DNA from: Andalucia godoyi And28 | Taxonomy: Eukaryota; Protista; Jakobida | Length of the DNA: 64,000 bases | Assembly: GCA_009859145.1 (NCBI GenBank) | Contig: VRVR01000019.1 | Span: 31,073 to 95,072 of the forward strand | Direction of reading: 5' to 3' | Part shown: piece by piece, positions 1 to 9,864 of the stretch | Layout of the letters: every line of letters starts with the position of its first letter | Numbering within the stretch: the stretch's first letter is position 1 | Notes under the pieces: generated by a model | The model's input: the letters and a program-made list of their open reading frames with translations, nothing else | The model's database searches: none | Told to the model about the DNA's origin: nothing | Position numbers and translations under genes: made by a program

Positions 1-561
1 CTCAAGGACAGCCGAGATCTCAGAAAGATGCTTCGCTGAGGACCGACAACGAAGCGCTTGCACAAAAGCGTAGAAGTAAACACTCCGTAGTAGCTTGTAC
101 GTTTATGTTGATAGCAGACAGCAGAAGCGTGGATGCATACAGCAAGCAGCCTCCAAGTGACGCTTGAGATCTTCGACTGCATTCAGACAGTGAAGCGAAC
201 GCAGGAGCTGTCAGCCATTTGCGAGGTACCATTTGTGTCTAGCCGCGGTCGTCCGATGATCCGGAGTTCCTGTGCTGGACGAGAGCACACTCACCGCTCA
301 CCCATCACCATGAGCACTGCTCCCAAACATGACCCATGGTGCATGTCGCTGCAACAGCGTCTCTGCGATAAGAAAGGCTTCCCGTCAAAATAACCACTGT
401 AGTTGAAGAGGAATTCATGAATTAGCAGAACGGCGGGCGGCATAACGGCTCTCAGACAAAACCCCCCGGTGCATGCGGCATGCCGTTGCATTCGCGTGAA
501 CGAGCTCTACATACCCCCGGTCTCAGTCTTGGAATTCGTCGGATTGCAAACTCCCTATTTT

Positions 562-1521
562 ATGGCTGGGACACAGGAAATAGATACTTCTTGGCACGAG
601 AGGTTTACTCCTATTTCCTCTTGTTCCAACGAGATTAGCTTCGCCTTACATCGTTTCGTTTCAACGTTTTTGGTAGAGTTTCGATTCGACTCTTTGGTCA
701 GTGCTTGCTTTTTAAGGTCACAAACACCGTCCGACGGCAACGTTGCATGCAACGATACTGCTTTTGCCGAGAAATGGAAAGGCGGTAATTGTGTCACCAT
801 GGCGTTGCTGCTTCGGTCTCGCATAGTAAGTGCTTTTCCCTCGCTGGATATTAAGTTAGTAGTTTCCGCTCCGAACAGATCTCCTCCAAGATACAACCAT
901 GTCGCCTTATTGGGTTGCTTTCGAAATCCTACACATGATATGGACAGGGGATTCTTTCTCATAGACCCTGGAGTACATTTCAATTTTCCAGTGGTCATTA
1001 GAATTGATTCTGCAGTGAGTCGAACTATCCATTGCTTTACTGGATCAAGGATGTTTGATTTTGTTGCCCATCCTCAAGAGGGCTCAGATGAACATAACTA
1101 TCGTTACGACGTTGTTCAAAAAGAGATATCGAGTGATGCCACAAAACCCTATTTACTGAATCGCAAGTATGCTCCTTATGTGGAAGCCACTGCAGATGTG
1201 CTAGACGGAGTAACCAGAAGATTTGTGGAGTCTTGTGACACAATGTCCATTGTTAGCCGAGACATATATGGACGACCAACTGCAATTTTGAAATTAGAAA
1301 AGAGGCCGAACAAACAATCTACGCTATTGTTGGTGGAACAAATTTGTCCTTTATCTTCGCCGGCGTGGGGTATTACTTGTCTTGTTCCATCCGCAAGCAC
1401 GTTACTTCAACTTATCCGAAAACATGCTTCTCGTTTCGGAATTTCGGATCCTGAGCAGTATTGGACCGATGTTGCATGTCCTGTTTTGCAAGAAAGAGTG
1501 CCACACTTGTTTCAGCAATGA
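562..1521 (+). CDS. Uncharacterised Cys-His-Asp triad protein (transglutaminase/arylamine N-acetyltransferase/papain-like fold), 319 aa
   Basis: Open frame from ATG 562; the track start at 469 is GTG. Motifs GGNCVTMA (Cys 790-792), NHVALL (His 898-900) and FLIDPG (Asp 964-966) occur in the order typical of NAT/transglutaminase-like enzymes. Confidence 0.6.
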   Translation: MAGTQEIDTSWHERFTPISSCSNEISFALHRFVSTFLVEFRFDSLVSACFLRSQTPSDGNVACNDTAFAEKWKGGNCVTMALLLRSRIVSAFPSLDIKLVVSAPNRSPPRYNHVALLGCFRNPTHDMDRGFFLIDPGVHFNFPVVIRIDSAVSRTIHCFTGSRMFDFVAHPQEGSDEHNYRYDVVQKEISSDATKPYLLNRKYAPYVEATADVLDGVTRRFVESCDTMSIVSRDIYGRPTAILKLEKRPNKQSTLLLVEQICPLSSPAWGITCLVPSASTLLQLIRKHASRFGISDPEQYWTDVACPVLQERVPHLFQQ

Positions 1522-1610
1522 TCTGATTTCTTTAATAGAGTAAACACCACAAGACTCCCACATCCTCAGCAAGCAACATATGCGCGCATACGAACTCTCA
1601 TTGAGAAACA

Positions 1611-3143
1611 TCAAACAATAACCTTTCCAGTATCATCCTCATCCGCGCTCGAATCATCATTATCCCAATACAGATCCGTGCAATCTTTCAAAAATTCGTC
1701 GACAGTGCAGCGAATAGCTTGGCTTTCAGCTCGAGATGCCAAGTCCTCAGGAATAGGATAACGCTCAATGAGAACCAAACACGCAGACAGAAACGCATTA
1801 TGTTGATTCTTACTCTGCAACCTCAACAGTGCAATTCGATCAGGAGAGAGCTGTTCACGAACAAAGGAAATCGCAGGATGATAATACGGACCCATTTTGG
1901 AAGATATTAACACTGCACAGAAGATGAGAACAAAGTAATTCTCTGTGTCTCTCGTCCTGCGCGAGATGAATGAAGTGAACTCTTCATCCTTAACTTGCAA
2001 CCGCAGATGGCATTCGTACAGCATAGAAAGCGCGTCACGAACCGACGGATTGAGAAGCAACGTCGAATCCTTTGATCGATACGAGTCCCTGAAAATAGAA
2101 TCACAAATAACGAATCCGAGACATGTATGAGGGGTCTGCATCATGCTCTGAAAACTCTCACGAACGTCAAAAACAACCCCCTGGAAAAGTTCAAAACCAA
2201 CGGGAGCGTTCACTGAAAATTTTGCTGAAGAATAGGAATCAACATAGGAATAAAAGGCAACTGTCGCAACCGTTGAGAAAGAATGCTGGAACGCCTTCGG
2301 ATTGACAGTAACAATATTTCGAACATCAACGTGCCAGTCATGGAGATTTGCATATAAATCCACCAATACCGGCATATGCGGAGCAATCAATTCACAAAAC
2401 ATAGGATGTAAAGACGAAAGATCAGAAACCACTGATCGAAAACGTTGTAAAACATTTGATCGATCGTTCGTTGCATGGGTCGTCTCAGCGACTGCGAACC
2501 AAATGGCTTCGACATGATGGGCCTGCTGAAACTCCTGGCACAAATCACGTACCATCGTCTTTATATGCGAGAACTTTGCTGCTTTTTTCTTATGGTTCGC
2601 CGAACGAAGCACAGATTTCCACAGCGAGTCCACGCATTTCAGAATCACCTCCTTGTCAACCGAGGACTGCTTCGCTTCCACCACCACTTTCTTAACGTAC
2701 TCTTGTAGACGATCAAAAGCCACATTTTTGTATCCTGAAACACATGGATATGAAAGGATCCCAAGAATGCAGTGGCTTACGGAAACGGGGGTCATGTGCC
2801 AAACATCATTCCACAAGAGAACTGCTGCCGTAGATTCCATGTTCTCCAGCTGTGTCACAAGGACCGCCGGTCCAAGACACAAAACATCCGCAAGCATAAC
2901 AGGATTTTGACGACTGGACGAATGCTTTTTGCTCACTAAAAGAGAAATCTCATGAGAGGTTTTAGCAATAGACACATGAGAGTTGAGGCTGTGGAAAGAA
3001 GGGTCCTCTCTAATTTTCTGGATGAAAGACGAAAGCTTGGGATAAATCCACTCCAAATTTTGCGGTACAGATGAGGTCAAAGGAGGAAATGGCTCAACTG
3101 GCTTGACAACCAGCACATCCTTCTTCAAATCGACAGCAGACAT
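1611..3143 (-). CDS. Hypothetical protein, 510 aa, probably alpha-helical, with an acidic C-terminal tail
   Basis: Uninterrupted ATG-to-TGA ORF of 510 codons with natural amino-acid composition. No motif recognised. Confidence 0.65.
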   Translation of the reverse strand: MSAVDLKKDVLVVKPVEPFPPLTSSVPQNLEWIYPKLSSFIQKIREDPSFHSLNSHVSIAKTSHEISLLVSKKHSSSRQNPVMLADVLCLGPAVLVTQLENMESTAAVLLWNDVWHMTPVSVSHCILGILSYPCVSGYKNVAFDRLQEYVKKVVVEAKQSSVDKEVILKCVDSLWKSVLRSANHKKKAAKFSHIKTMVRDLCQEFQQAHHVEAIWFAVAETTHATNDRSNVLQRFRSVVSDLSSLHPMFCELIAPHMPVLVDLYANLHDWHVDVRNIVTVNPKAFQHSFSTVATVAFYSYVDSYSSAKFSVNAPVGFELFQGVVFDVRESFQSMMQTPHTCLGFVICDSIFRDSYRSKDSTLLLNPSVRDALSMLYECHLRLQVKDEEFTSFISRRTRDTENYFVLIFCAVLISSKMGPYYHPAISFVREQLSPDRIALLRLQSKNQHNAFLSACLVLIERYPIPEDLASRAESQAIRCTVDEFLKDCTDLYWDNDDSSADEDDTGKVIV

Positions 3144-4071
3144 TTGATCAGACTGTTAAGACTACGCTCTCAAACCCAGAATCCGCTAAAACGGAAATTC
3201 ATCACACAAAAAAGCCCCCATCGACCAGCTGCCAGTTTGTAGAGCGGAGTTGATGCCCTCCAAAAGACACTTGACATCCAGGGTCAGAGCAGTCGAAGCT
3301 TGTAGACAATCGGCTGAAAGCGATGAAAACATCGACCATTGCAATTGATGCAGCTCTTTTCCATCTTCTTTCAAATTTTCGTGTGAAGCAGGATCGCGAC
3401 TTCGCCACTTCGCCAATCGCCAATGCTTGATTCACAACCGTTGCCGTTCATGCGGTTTCTGTTGCGTAATAATTCACCAAACCGGAAATATGTTTTGACA
3501 TCATCGAATACGAATTGTTCTCTGTTTGTCGAAGCTACCCGTTGGGACCGGCTTTTAGAGTTTCGAAAGCGCAAGAAGTCTTTTCATTGTTCAATATGGA
3601 ATCGAACCAATGACGCAGTCCCGAAACTTCTGCAAGTCACTCATGCGGACGGATGTCTTTGACGATGGTTCTCAGAAATTGAGCGTGCTCTTTTACAACA
3701 TAGTCATATGCATGAAAGCAAACATGCTCGTTAGCTGGAATTCATCTGTAAAGAGGGACATGTCTCGACTGCGTTCAGCAACACAGTTGGATTTCATTTC
3801 TGTCAAACAAACTTGATAGCAGCCACTCGGTTAGAAGCTTACTGTCGACAATGCTCATTTCTCGCTGCCTTATCAGCATCTTATTGTGGTGCAGCAGTCA
3901 TCGCAATACCATTATTCTGGCGTTTCTTGTCTCGATGTTTCGAAGTGGCAGCAAGTGACAGAGTTTCCAAGTGACAGAGTTTCTTAAAAATTGATCACAA
4001 GATGTTCAACGCTTCAGTGTCCGACACCGGTTCATTTCGCGGATTGACAGTCCGTCTGATGAGTGAGAAAA

Positions 4072-4315
4072 AGACTTGTACAGTTCCTTCAACAAAAGTC
4101 ACATGACGAAAAATGAGAATTTCCGGCAGAAAAAACATGCCGGATATTCAAAAAAATGCCGGATAAGTTTTTTCGGGGTGGGGAGGGTGAACTCTGCTCC
4201 CAAATTATTTTTTCAGTCATCCTCCTGAAATTTTCAAGAATTCTTTTCCGGCATTTTTCTCTGCCGGGAAATGCCAAAAATGCCGGATATTGGGAGGAAA
4301 GAATTGATCGATTAT
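4072..4315. repeat. Foldback/MITE-like repeat, copy A
   Basis: Shares cagttccttcaa-aaaag, aatttccggcagaaa, catgccgga and aaattttcaagaattcttttccggcattttt with 5491-5740 in direct orientation. It contains internal inverted ATGCCGG/CCGGCAT subrepeats. Confidence 0.85.
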
Positions 4316-4507
4316 CCTCCATGTTTCAAAAGAAGATCTCGCTGCTTCTTGTGATAGTTGGATAGGAAGCATGTTCCCTGTGTTCATCCATTCCTACTCG
4401 GGCGGCTTCATTTGGTGGGATAACAAACAAAAACCGATGAAGAAGATTGGCGCATTTGGCAACCGAACAAAAACATCGTACATATTTTCCGATGATTGAA
4501 ATCGACA

Positions 4508-5334
4508 TCAACCCGGTGTGAGCCCACGCAGCTGCACAATTCCGTTGGCCATTCGTATGAGTGGATCGACTTTCTCTTGGATCGTCGAAATGGAGTCTGT
4601 CAAATGTATGCCACTCAATCGATTTCCGCTGTTCGGGTCGACAATGAGATGCGGAAACTGAAGAAGCGCTACAACAGGAACGCCTTGCGATTGCGCAATC
4701 GCCGCAAACCGATTGAAATTCTGGACGCGGGCCAGAACATAAGGTTGCAATGCAACCGATGCCTGTTCGTTGGCCTCTCTCTCTGTAAGCACAGTCCAAA
4801 GTTCGTCAGAAACGGAATGAAATCCTGCGACAATTGAAGATCAACCATCCTTGAGCCATGCGGTAAAAGGCGCCAGGGACAAAAGGCAGCGCGGGCATGC
4901 GAGATACTTCGATAGAAGCAACAGTCTGCTCATAATCAGAAATGGCCATACTTCCGGCCAAGAGAAGCACACGACCGTCCGAAAGGGGGTGAACAAACGG
5001 AGTCACCAACGGCGGATTCATCGAACGACCCAGTCGAACAGCATTCAATGATTCTCCAATGTTCACAACATTCTGGTGTGCCTCGGAGTACTCGCGAAAA
5101 GCGAAATCAAACACAGTGTTGTCGTCATTCCTCCGCGAGTTTTCCGCTTCAAGAAACACTTGAGTGAGATTGCACTGAGGATCGGCGTCAACGAGTAAAA
5201 CTCGCAGGTCATGTTTGCTTGCCAGCAACCTCGCTAAGTCGAATGTCGTCGCTGTCTTGTTCACGCCCCCTTTGAAGTTTGAACAGAGAAACGAGAGAAA
5301 CGAGAGAAAGAGACGACGAAGATGCAGAAGCCAT
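4508..5334 (-). pseudogene. parA: Bacterial-type ParA/Soj (AAA_31-like) ATPase pseudogene
   Basis: Deviant Walker A FKGGVNKT, RVLLVDADPQCNLT, and C-terminal YVLARVQNFNRFAAIAQSQGVPV. Reading from ATG 5334 to the stop at 4508 needs three frame changes (near 5279, 4847 and the (CT)5 at 4775-4784). The central Walker B region is absent. Confidence 0.75.
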
Positions 5335-5490
5335 CCTGAGCAGCAAGGCCAGTACACGAAAGAGAGAGAAGAGGAGGACACGAAGCAAGCGGGACAAGAA
5401 CCAGAGCGCAATCAAGCTGGGACTGTGGGAGTATTCTAAATTTTAAGAATGAAAAATGTGACGACACAAACCCCCTCCTGAGGATTGGGA

Positions 5491-5740
5491 GAGTCTTGTT
5501 CAGTTCCTTCAAGAAAAGGTAGACGACGGAAAGTGGGGAATTTCCGGCAGAAATTCATGCCGGAAAATCGAAAAATGTCGGGATGAGTTTTCACCCCTTC
5601 GGGGAGGGTCCTCCTCAAAATTTTGCTCGAGCCTTCCTCTTCCCAAGAAATTTTCAAGAATTCTTTTCCGGCATTTTTGGGTATTTCCCGGCATGTTTTT
5701 CTGCCGGAAATTTGAAAGTGTGTGCCTGATCGATTTTTTC
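5491..5740. repeat. Foldback/MITE-like repeat, copy B (best-preserved hairpin)
   Basis: Arms 5539-5583 and 5667-5712 are reverse complements. The outer 15 bp (aatttccggcagaaa) pair perfectly and the rest imperfectly, around a ~85-bp spacer. Confidence 0.85.
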
Positions 5741-6440
5741 CAAAAGTCTCACAAGGTCTTCATGGCACTCGCAAGAATGCTTTTTGTTCTGTATGGATAG
5801 CTTAGGGATCAAGAAAGCACGCCGCGCAATGGGGTCATTTAGATTGGCTGTGCACGTTTCTTGACGAAGGCAGCGCATGGTCAGTGGGGGTTTTCCATTC
5901 AAGACGCACTTCAGCAGTGAGCATTCTTCCTCGAAATTGTCGGGAATTTCCCAATTGAAGATGCGGAAACGCATGTTGCGTGCTCCCAAAAAGTGATCCT
6001 GTGAGTGCCTGCTACTGCACGATAACATGAAATTGCATGCCAAAAGTGACAGTCCGGTTGGAAAGTTTTTTTGAGGGTGCTGTTGGTCAGTTTCTCGACA
6101 TCGTCGAACCGGAAATCGCGATTGCAAAGGCGGCAATGAAAACGAAAGACCTGCCCAAAAAGCGGCAAAGAAGATCATGAAAGATGCTGTCGATTGGATG
6201 AACGAGTTGGACCTTGACGGCGGACAGAAGAAAGCGTTTGTTCAGAATATCCAGAACAAATTACCAAAAGAATTGGAGGTGTGAACGATGCAGCAATGGT
6301 GTTTTTATTGAATGTGTGGATGTGTGCAGCGTTGTGTTGCACTAAGCAAGAGTCGAGAGGTATGCCAACTGTGATCCACATGTTTCCGTGATACCGCCAA
6401 CTTGTTTCCCGGCTGGGCGTTGGTTTCCCATTTCTCGGTT

Positions 6441-6824
6441 TTATGCTGTTTCACTCTTTTCATCCGCTGGTGTGCCCTCCTCCGGTGCAGACGTCAAGTC
6501 GTCATCCTCTTGCCGATCCAGTGGATCAACAACTCCAGCGGTATCGTCTGGAATTTCTTTCTTTTCGATGCTCTTCTTTGGTTTCTCTCGTCCGCCAATG
6601 AACTTTTGCACACGCTCAATGCCGTGAGCACAGGTGCGCAGGAGCAATGGAAGATTTCCAATGATGAGAGCAACGATGATGAGAATCGAAATGAGAACTA
6701 CCCACATTTTTTGGAAGCCTTGACCAACTTTCTGGGTTTGCAGTTTTTTGCGTTCTGTCTCTTTTATGTTTCGGGACAGGCAATCCAAAACCAGACCGGC
6801 TGTTTTATGGATTCCCATGTCCAT
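6441..6824 (-). CDS. Small hypothetical single-pass membrane protein, 127 aa
   Basis: ATG-initiated ORF with one hydrophobic segment (MWVVLISILIIVALIIGNLPLLL) and an acidic tail. An overlapping + strand ORF exists, so the call is uncertain. Confidence 0.35.
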   Translation of the reverse strand: MDMGIHKTAGLVLDCLSRNIKETERKKLQTQKVGQGFQKMWVVLISILIIVALIIGNLPLLLRTCAHGIERVQKFIGGREKPKKSIEKKEIPDDTAGVVDPLDRQEDDDLTSAPEEGTPADEKSETA

Positions 6825-7136
6825 GAGAAATAAGTATGGCTTCTAATCAAAGGAGAGAAACAACCATCCGCCAAGCATTTCTGATTTCGCACTGCCGAAC
6901 TGCCCTCCCAACTTTGCTTGTGGCCGTTTTCTTGCTGTCACTTCTACATCAGTCCTACAGAAATGAAAGCAGGAGGCAGTGCATAGTCATGACTCATGGA
7001 ATCCAAGTCGCGTAAGTCAAGACATGCCCCGCGCTGCAGCGTCTTCGAATGCCTGCAGCTCAACACACTGACAAGTTTCTGTCACTCATTGAGCGATGCA
7101 AAACGCATTCCCGGTTCGCACATGCACCGAGTCAGA

Positions 7137-7285
7137 GGAATTTGCCGACGAACCCCAAACGAAATTTGAAATGCCGGTTATTATTTTCTTCAGAAGAACG
7201 GGGTCAGTCCTCACTAAAATTATTTTCGAAGCAGGTTTTCTTCAGTTTTTGGTTTCGACATTTCTACGTGATACCGGCAAAGGAA
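7137..7285. repeat. Degenerate third copy (C) of the foldback repeat
   Basis: 7199-7229 matches copy B 5600-5630 at 22/31 ungapped. It retains ggaattt-ccg and aaatgccgg, and tttgccg (7141-7147) pairs with cggcaaa (7275-7281). Confidence 0.55.
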
Positions 7286-7924
7286 AACTGCAGATTAACG
7301 AATCTTCCCAAAGCAGCTGCAAGGGAAAATAAAGACCAGTTGTTGCAGTAGCGGTTGCCACTTTATGTTTATTCTCATGATCTCCAATTTAAACTCACAA
7401 ATCTCCTTTTTAAGACATAATTACGAGTGGAAATTCAGAAGCCTGAATCAAAGGCTTCCAACAGTACAATGGAAGAGGATGCATGGACCTTTTGTTCAAA
7501 AGTACTATCCAACATTCTCCCAACGCCATTCGCTTTCACAATACGATTGTTCCTGTGGACAGTCAAAACCAGTTTTCTATCCTCGAGAGCTTTACATTGC
7601 AGATTACGATTCACGGATAGATTTTCTTGCTACGATCCGGTACTCCAAAAAATGCAAAGTGAGATTCATGATGTTTGCCTTCGGGACACAACTCAGTTGA
7701 TTGTTTTTTGTATTCCTTCTGGATCTACGGATAATCATGTGCAACGTCTATTCTGTTAAACACCCATATTATTCAGGGGATGTTGAGACAAATGTTGAAC
7801 CAACTCAAGATTGTGCATCTCGATGAAAAAGAGTTTATTCTTCGAATTACACTGGGGAAAAACACCGAAAAGAAAAAATCACAGACGTTAAAACGGGCAG
7901 TAAGCAATTGCATCAAGTTTGCTT

Positions 7925-8659
7925 TCAACAAACAGAACAACCTTGGACAACCAGTCGATTACTTAGGACTACACGGGATCTTTCTTCTGCGTGAGCTTCG
8001 CCTTCCGTCGAAAGCAAGTCGTCCAGACATTTTGATACGTCTTTGTGAATAATACAGTTATCACGAGATCGTATTTCAATGAGAACTTCAAATACAGGAC
8101 GAACAACACGTTGCTGGATCATTTTCTTCTCCCGCTTCTCTGCAGTGCGTTCATGATGTGAAAGAGTAACAGTTCCCAATTCTCCGACAAGAAGAGAAAG
8201 CTCGGGATTATTCATAATGGACAAAATAGTCTCACCATGCGCACTCGCGATCATCTGCACTCCACGATCGCGGATCGCAGATGCAGCTTGACATTGCTTG
8301 CGAGTACTAATCTCGTCGATGGGAATCGTCTCCACACTATGATTTTCCACAGCTGCTAACATGCATTCATGAAGTAGTTCTGGCTTCTCAACAGGATATC
8401 GACGAGTCCTTTCTCCAATAGATTTATGCGCTTCATGACCGATACCACCAATTTCATTGGTGGTGTCAACCACCATGGTTCGCCGATGCAAGAAATCGCC
8501 CAAAATGCGGGAGAACTCTCGAAGACATGTGGTTTTTCCGAAACCACCCTTAGCAACAAACAAAATACTTTTCCCGCTCAAGATGAGGTCCGGAATAAGG
8601 TCAAGGCATCCGAACTGCAGCTTACTGAAACGCAGAGTCATTCCAACATACTCACCATC
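7925..8659 (-). pseudogene. ycf45: 5'-truncated Ycf45/SpoIIIAA-like AAA ATPase
   Basis: Motifs GKSILF-AKGGFGKTT, VVDTTNEIGG, AVENH, IDEIST, RGVQMIASAHG and NPELSLLVG match the Ycf45 core. The N-terminal part is missing: two in-frame stops precede DGEYVGMTLR. Walker A (G to A) and Walker B (IPIDE) are altered. Confidence 0.7.
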
Positions 8660-9220
8660 TCACTATTGAATAAAAATGTCACCATTACATCACCAAGTCG
8701 TCATCATTTTCTTTTACTCTACCACATGCAGGCATCACCAAAGCGTGCTCCGGGTATACACGGTGACGCCACAATCGCACCAAATAGTGCACTTCTTTCG
8801 CGTGTTCCACATCACCTATGCATCATGCTGAGCAACTTTTTTTAATTATTCTTCCTGATGTACATCCTGTTGGTCCGCTCGTCTCCTACAAATGGTGTCC
8901 ATCTGGCCTTTGCACAAGTACAGGGTTTTCTTCGTTTACCCACGCCGATGGAACCAATCGAATGCAACTGAGCTTGTGCCACTGCATCTCATCGGCGCAC
9001 ATATCGTTCTACAAGAAAGAACGCGCGGGCGGGCTCACCTTGTTCTGGAGCTGTCCCGCCATCCGACCTCTATCGAAGGGGTTGGGTTATACTACTGCAA
9101 ATTTGGCTACTTTTTTTTTACAATTAAAATAATTGTTTTCAAAGGATGTTCTATGATTATTAATGAGACGTCACGAGGGCATCTCGGAAAAAATTCGGTG
9201 ACATTTTTATTCAATAGTGA
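8660..9220. mobile_element. Candidate non-autonomous DNA transposon delimited by a perfect 24-bp inverted repeat with CACTA...TAGTG ends
   Basis: tcactattgaataaaaatgtcacc (8660-8683) is the exact reverse complement of ggtgacatttttattcaatagtga (9197-9220). No target-site duplication and no transposase seen. Confidence 0.5.
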
Positions 9221-9434
9221 CCGGCAGATGAATGACCTGGTGACGATACACGACGCGGTGCTCCACGCGAGCACCGTTGCATCATGTTGCTGCATCTCAG
9301 TCAGCGCTGTTCTTTTCATATATTTACAGAGTACGAAATGGCACAAGGAAAACAAGAACATCGACTCACAGAAGCACATGTGTCGAGAGAGAACAGGGGG
9401 GGGGGGGGGAAGACTAGCACAGCTGGGACATGAC

Positions 9435-9641
9435 TCAGAGCAGCGAGGACTGGCTGCCAGAGGTTGCGGGTGCGGCCTCCCCGTGAACATTCCACATGAG
9501 TATTCCTCCCAAAGACTGCGACTGCACGTAGCTCAGGACAAGCGATGCGTCGGTGTACGAGACAAACGCCTGCGAGTACGACGCCTGGATGCCTGCGGGT
9601 GTCCACTGTCTGTCGTGATACGCTCGCACCCTCGAGACCAT
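9435..9641 (-). pseudogene. Fragment resembling the C-terminal strand of a GH18 chitinase barrel
   Basis: AFVSYTDAS...YVQSQSLGGILMWNVHG resembles the GH18 ISYDD...YV..-LGG.M.W motif, but the spacing is three residues short and no DxxDxDxE motif lies upstream. Confidence 0.4.
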
Positions 9642-9864
9642 GTCACCACCGCACCACTCGTGCTGCTCGAACGTGCCTATTTGTCCGGAAGGGTGACGAT
9701 TCGTTTTGTGCGATTCGGCAACTTGCCATCATTGAATTGGATGTTGGAAAAGAAGAAAAGAAAATATCATGTTAAAGGTGTTCATCGTTATCCGTTGATA
9801 GGGTTGCAGTTCTGTCTCGCGGGAAAATCCCAGATGTGTGCAAGCCGTTCGTGGATTCGGGTAT

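Noticed and set aside
3202-3760. Minus-strand frame with protein-like stretches broken by TGA/TAG stops
   Set aside because: It could be a pseudogene, but I recognised no family. Stop-codon readthrough or recoding is not supported because intact genes here end in TGA, TAA and TAG normally.
6040-6290. Plus-strand segment reading MPKVTVRLESFFEG...LPK/KAAKKIMKDAVDW...ELEV across one frameshift
   Set aside because: About 80 aa, needs an extra A in a homopolymer, and no homologue is recognisable. Too weak to call.
4072-7285. CRISPR interpretation of the repeats
   Set aside because: The repeats are long, irregularly spaced and divergent, there are no cas genes, and the context is eukaryotic.
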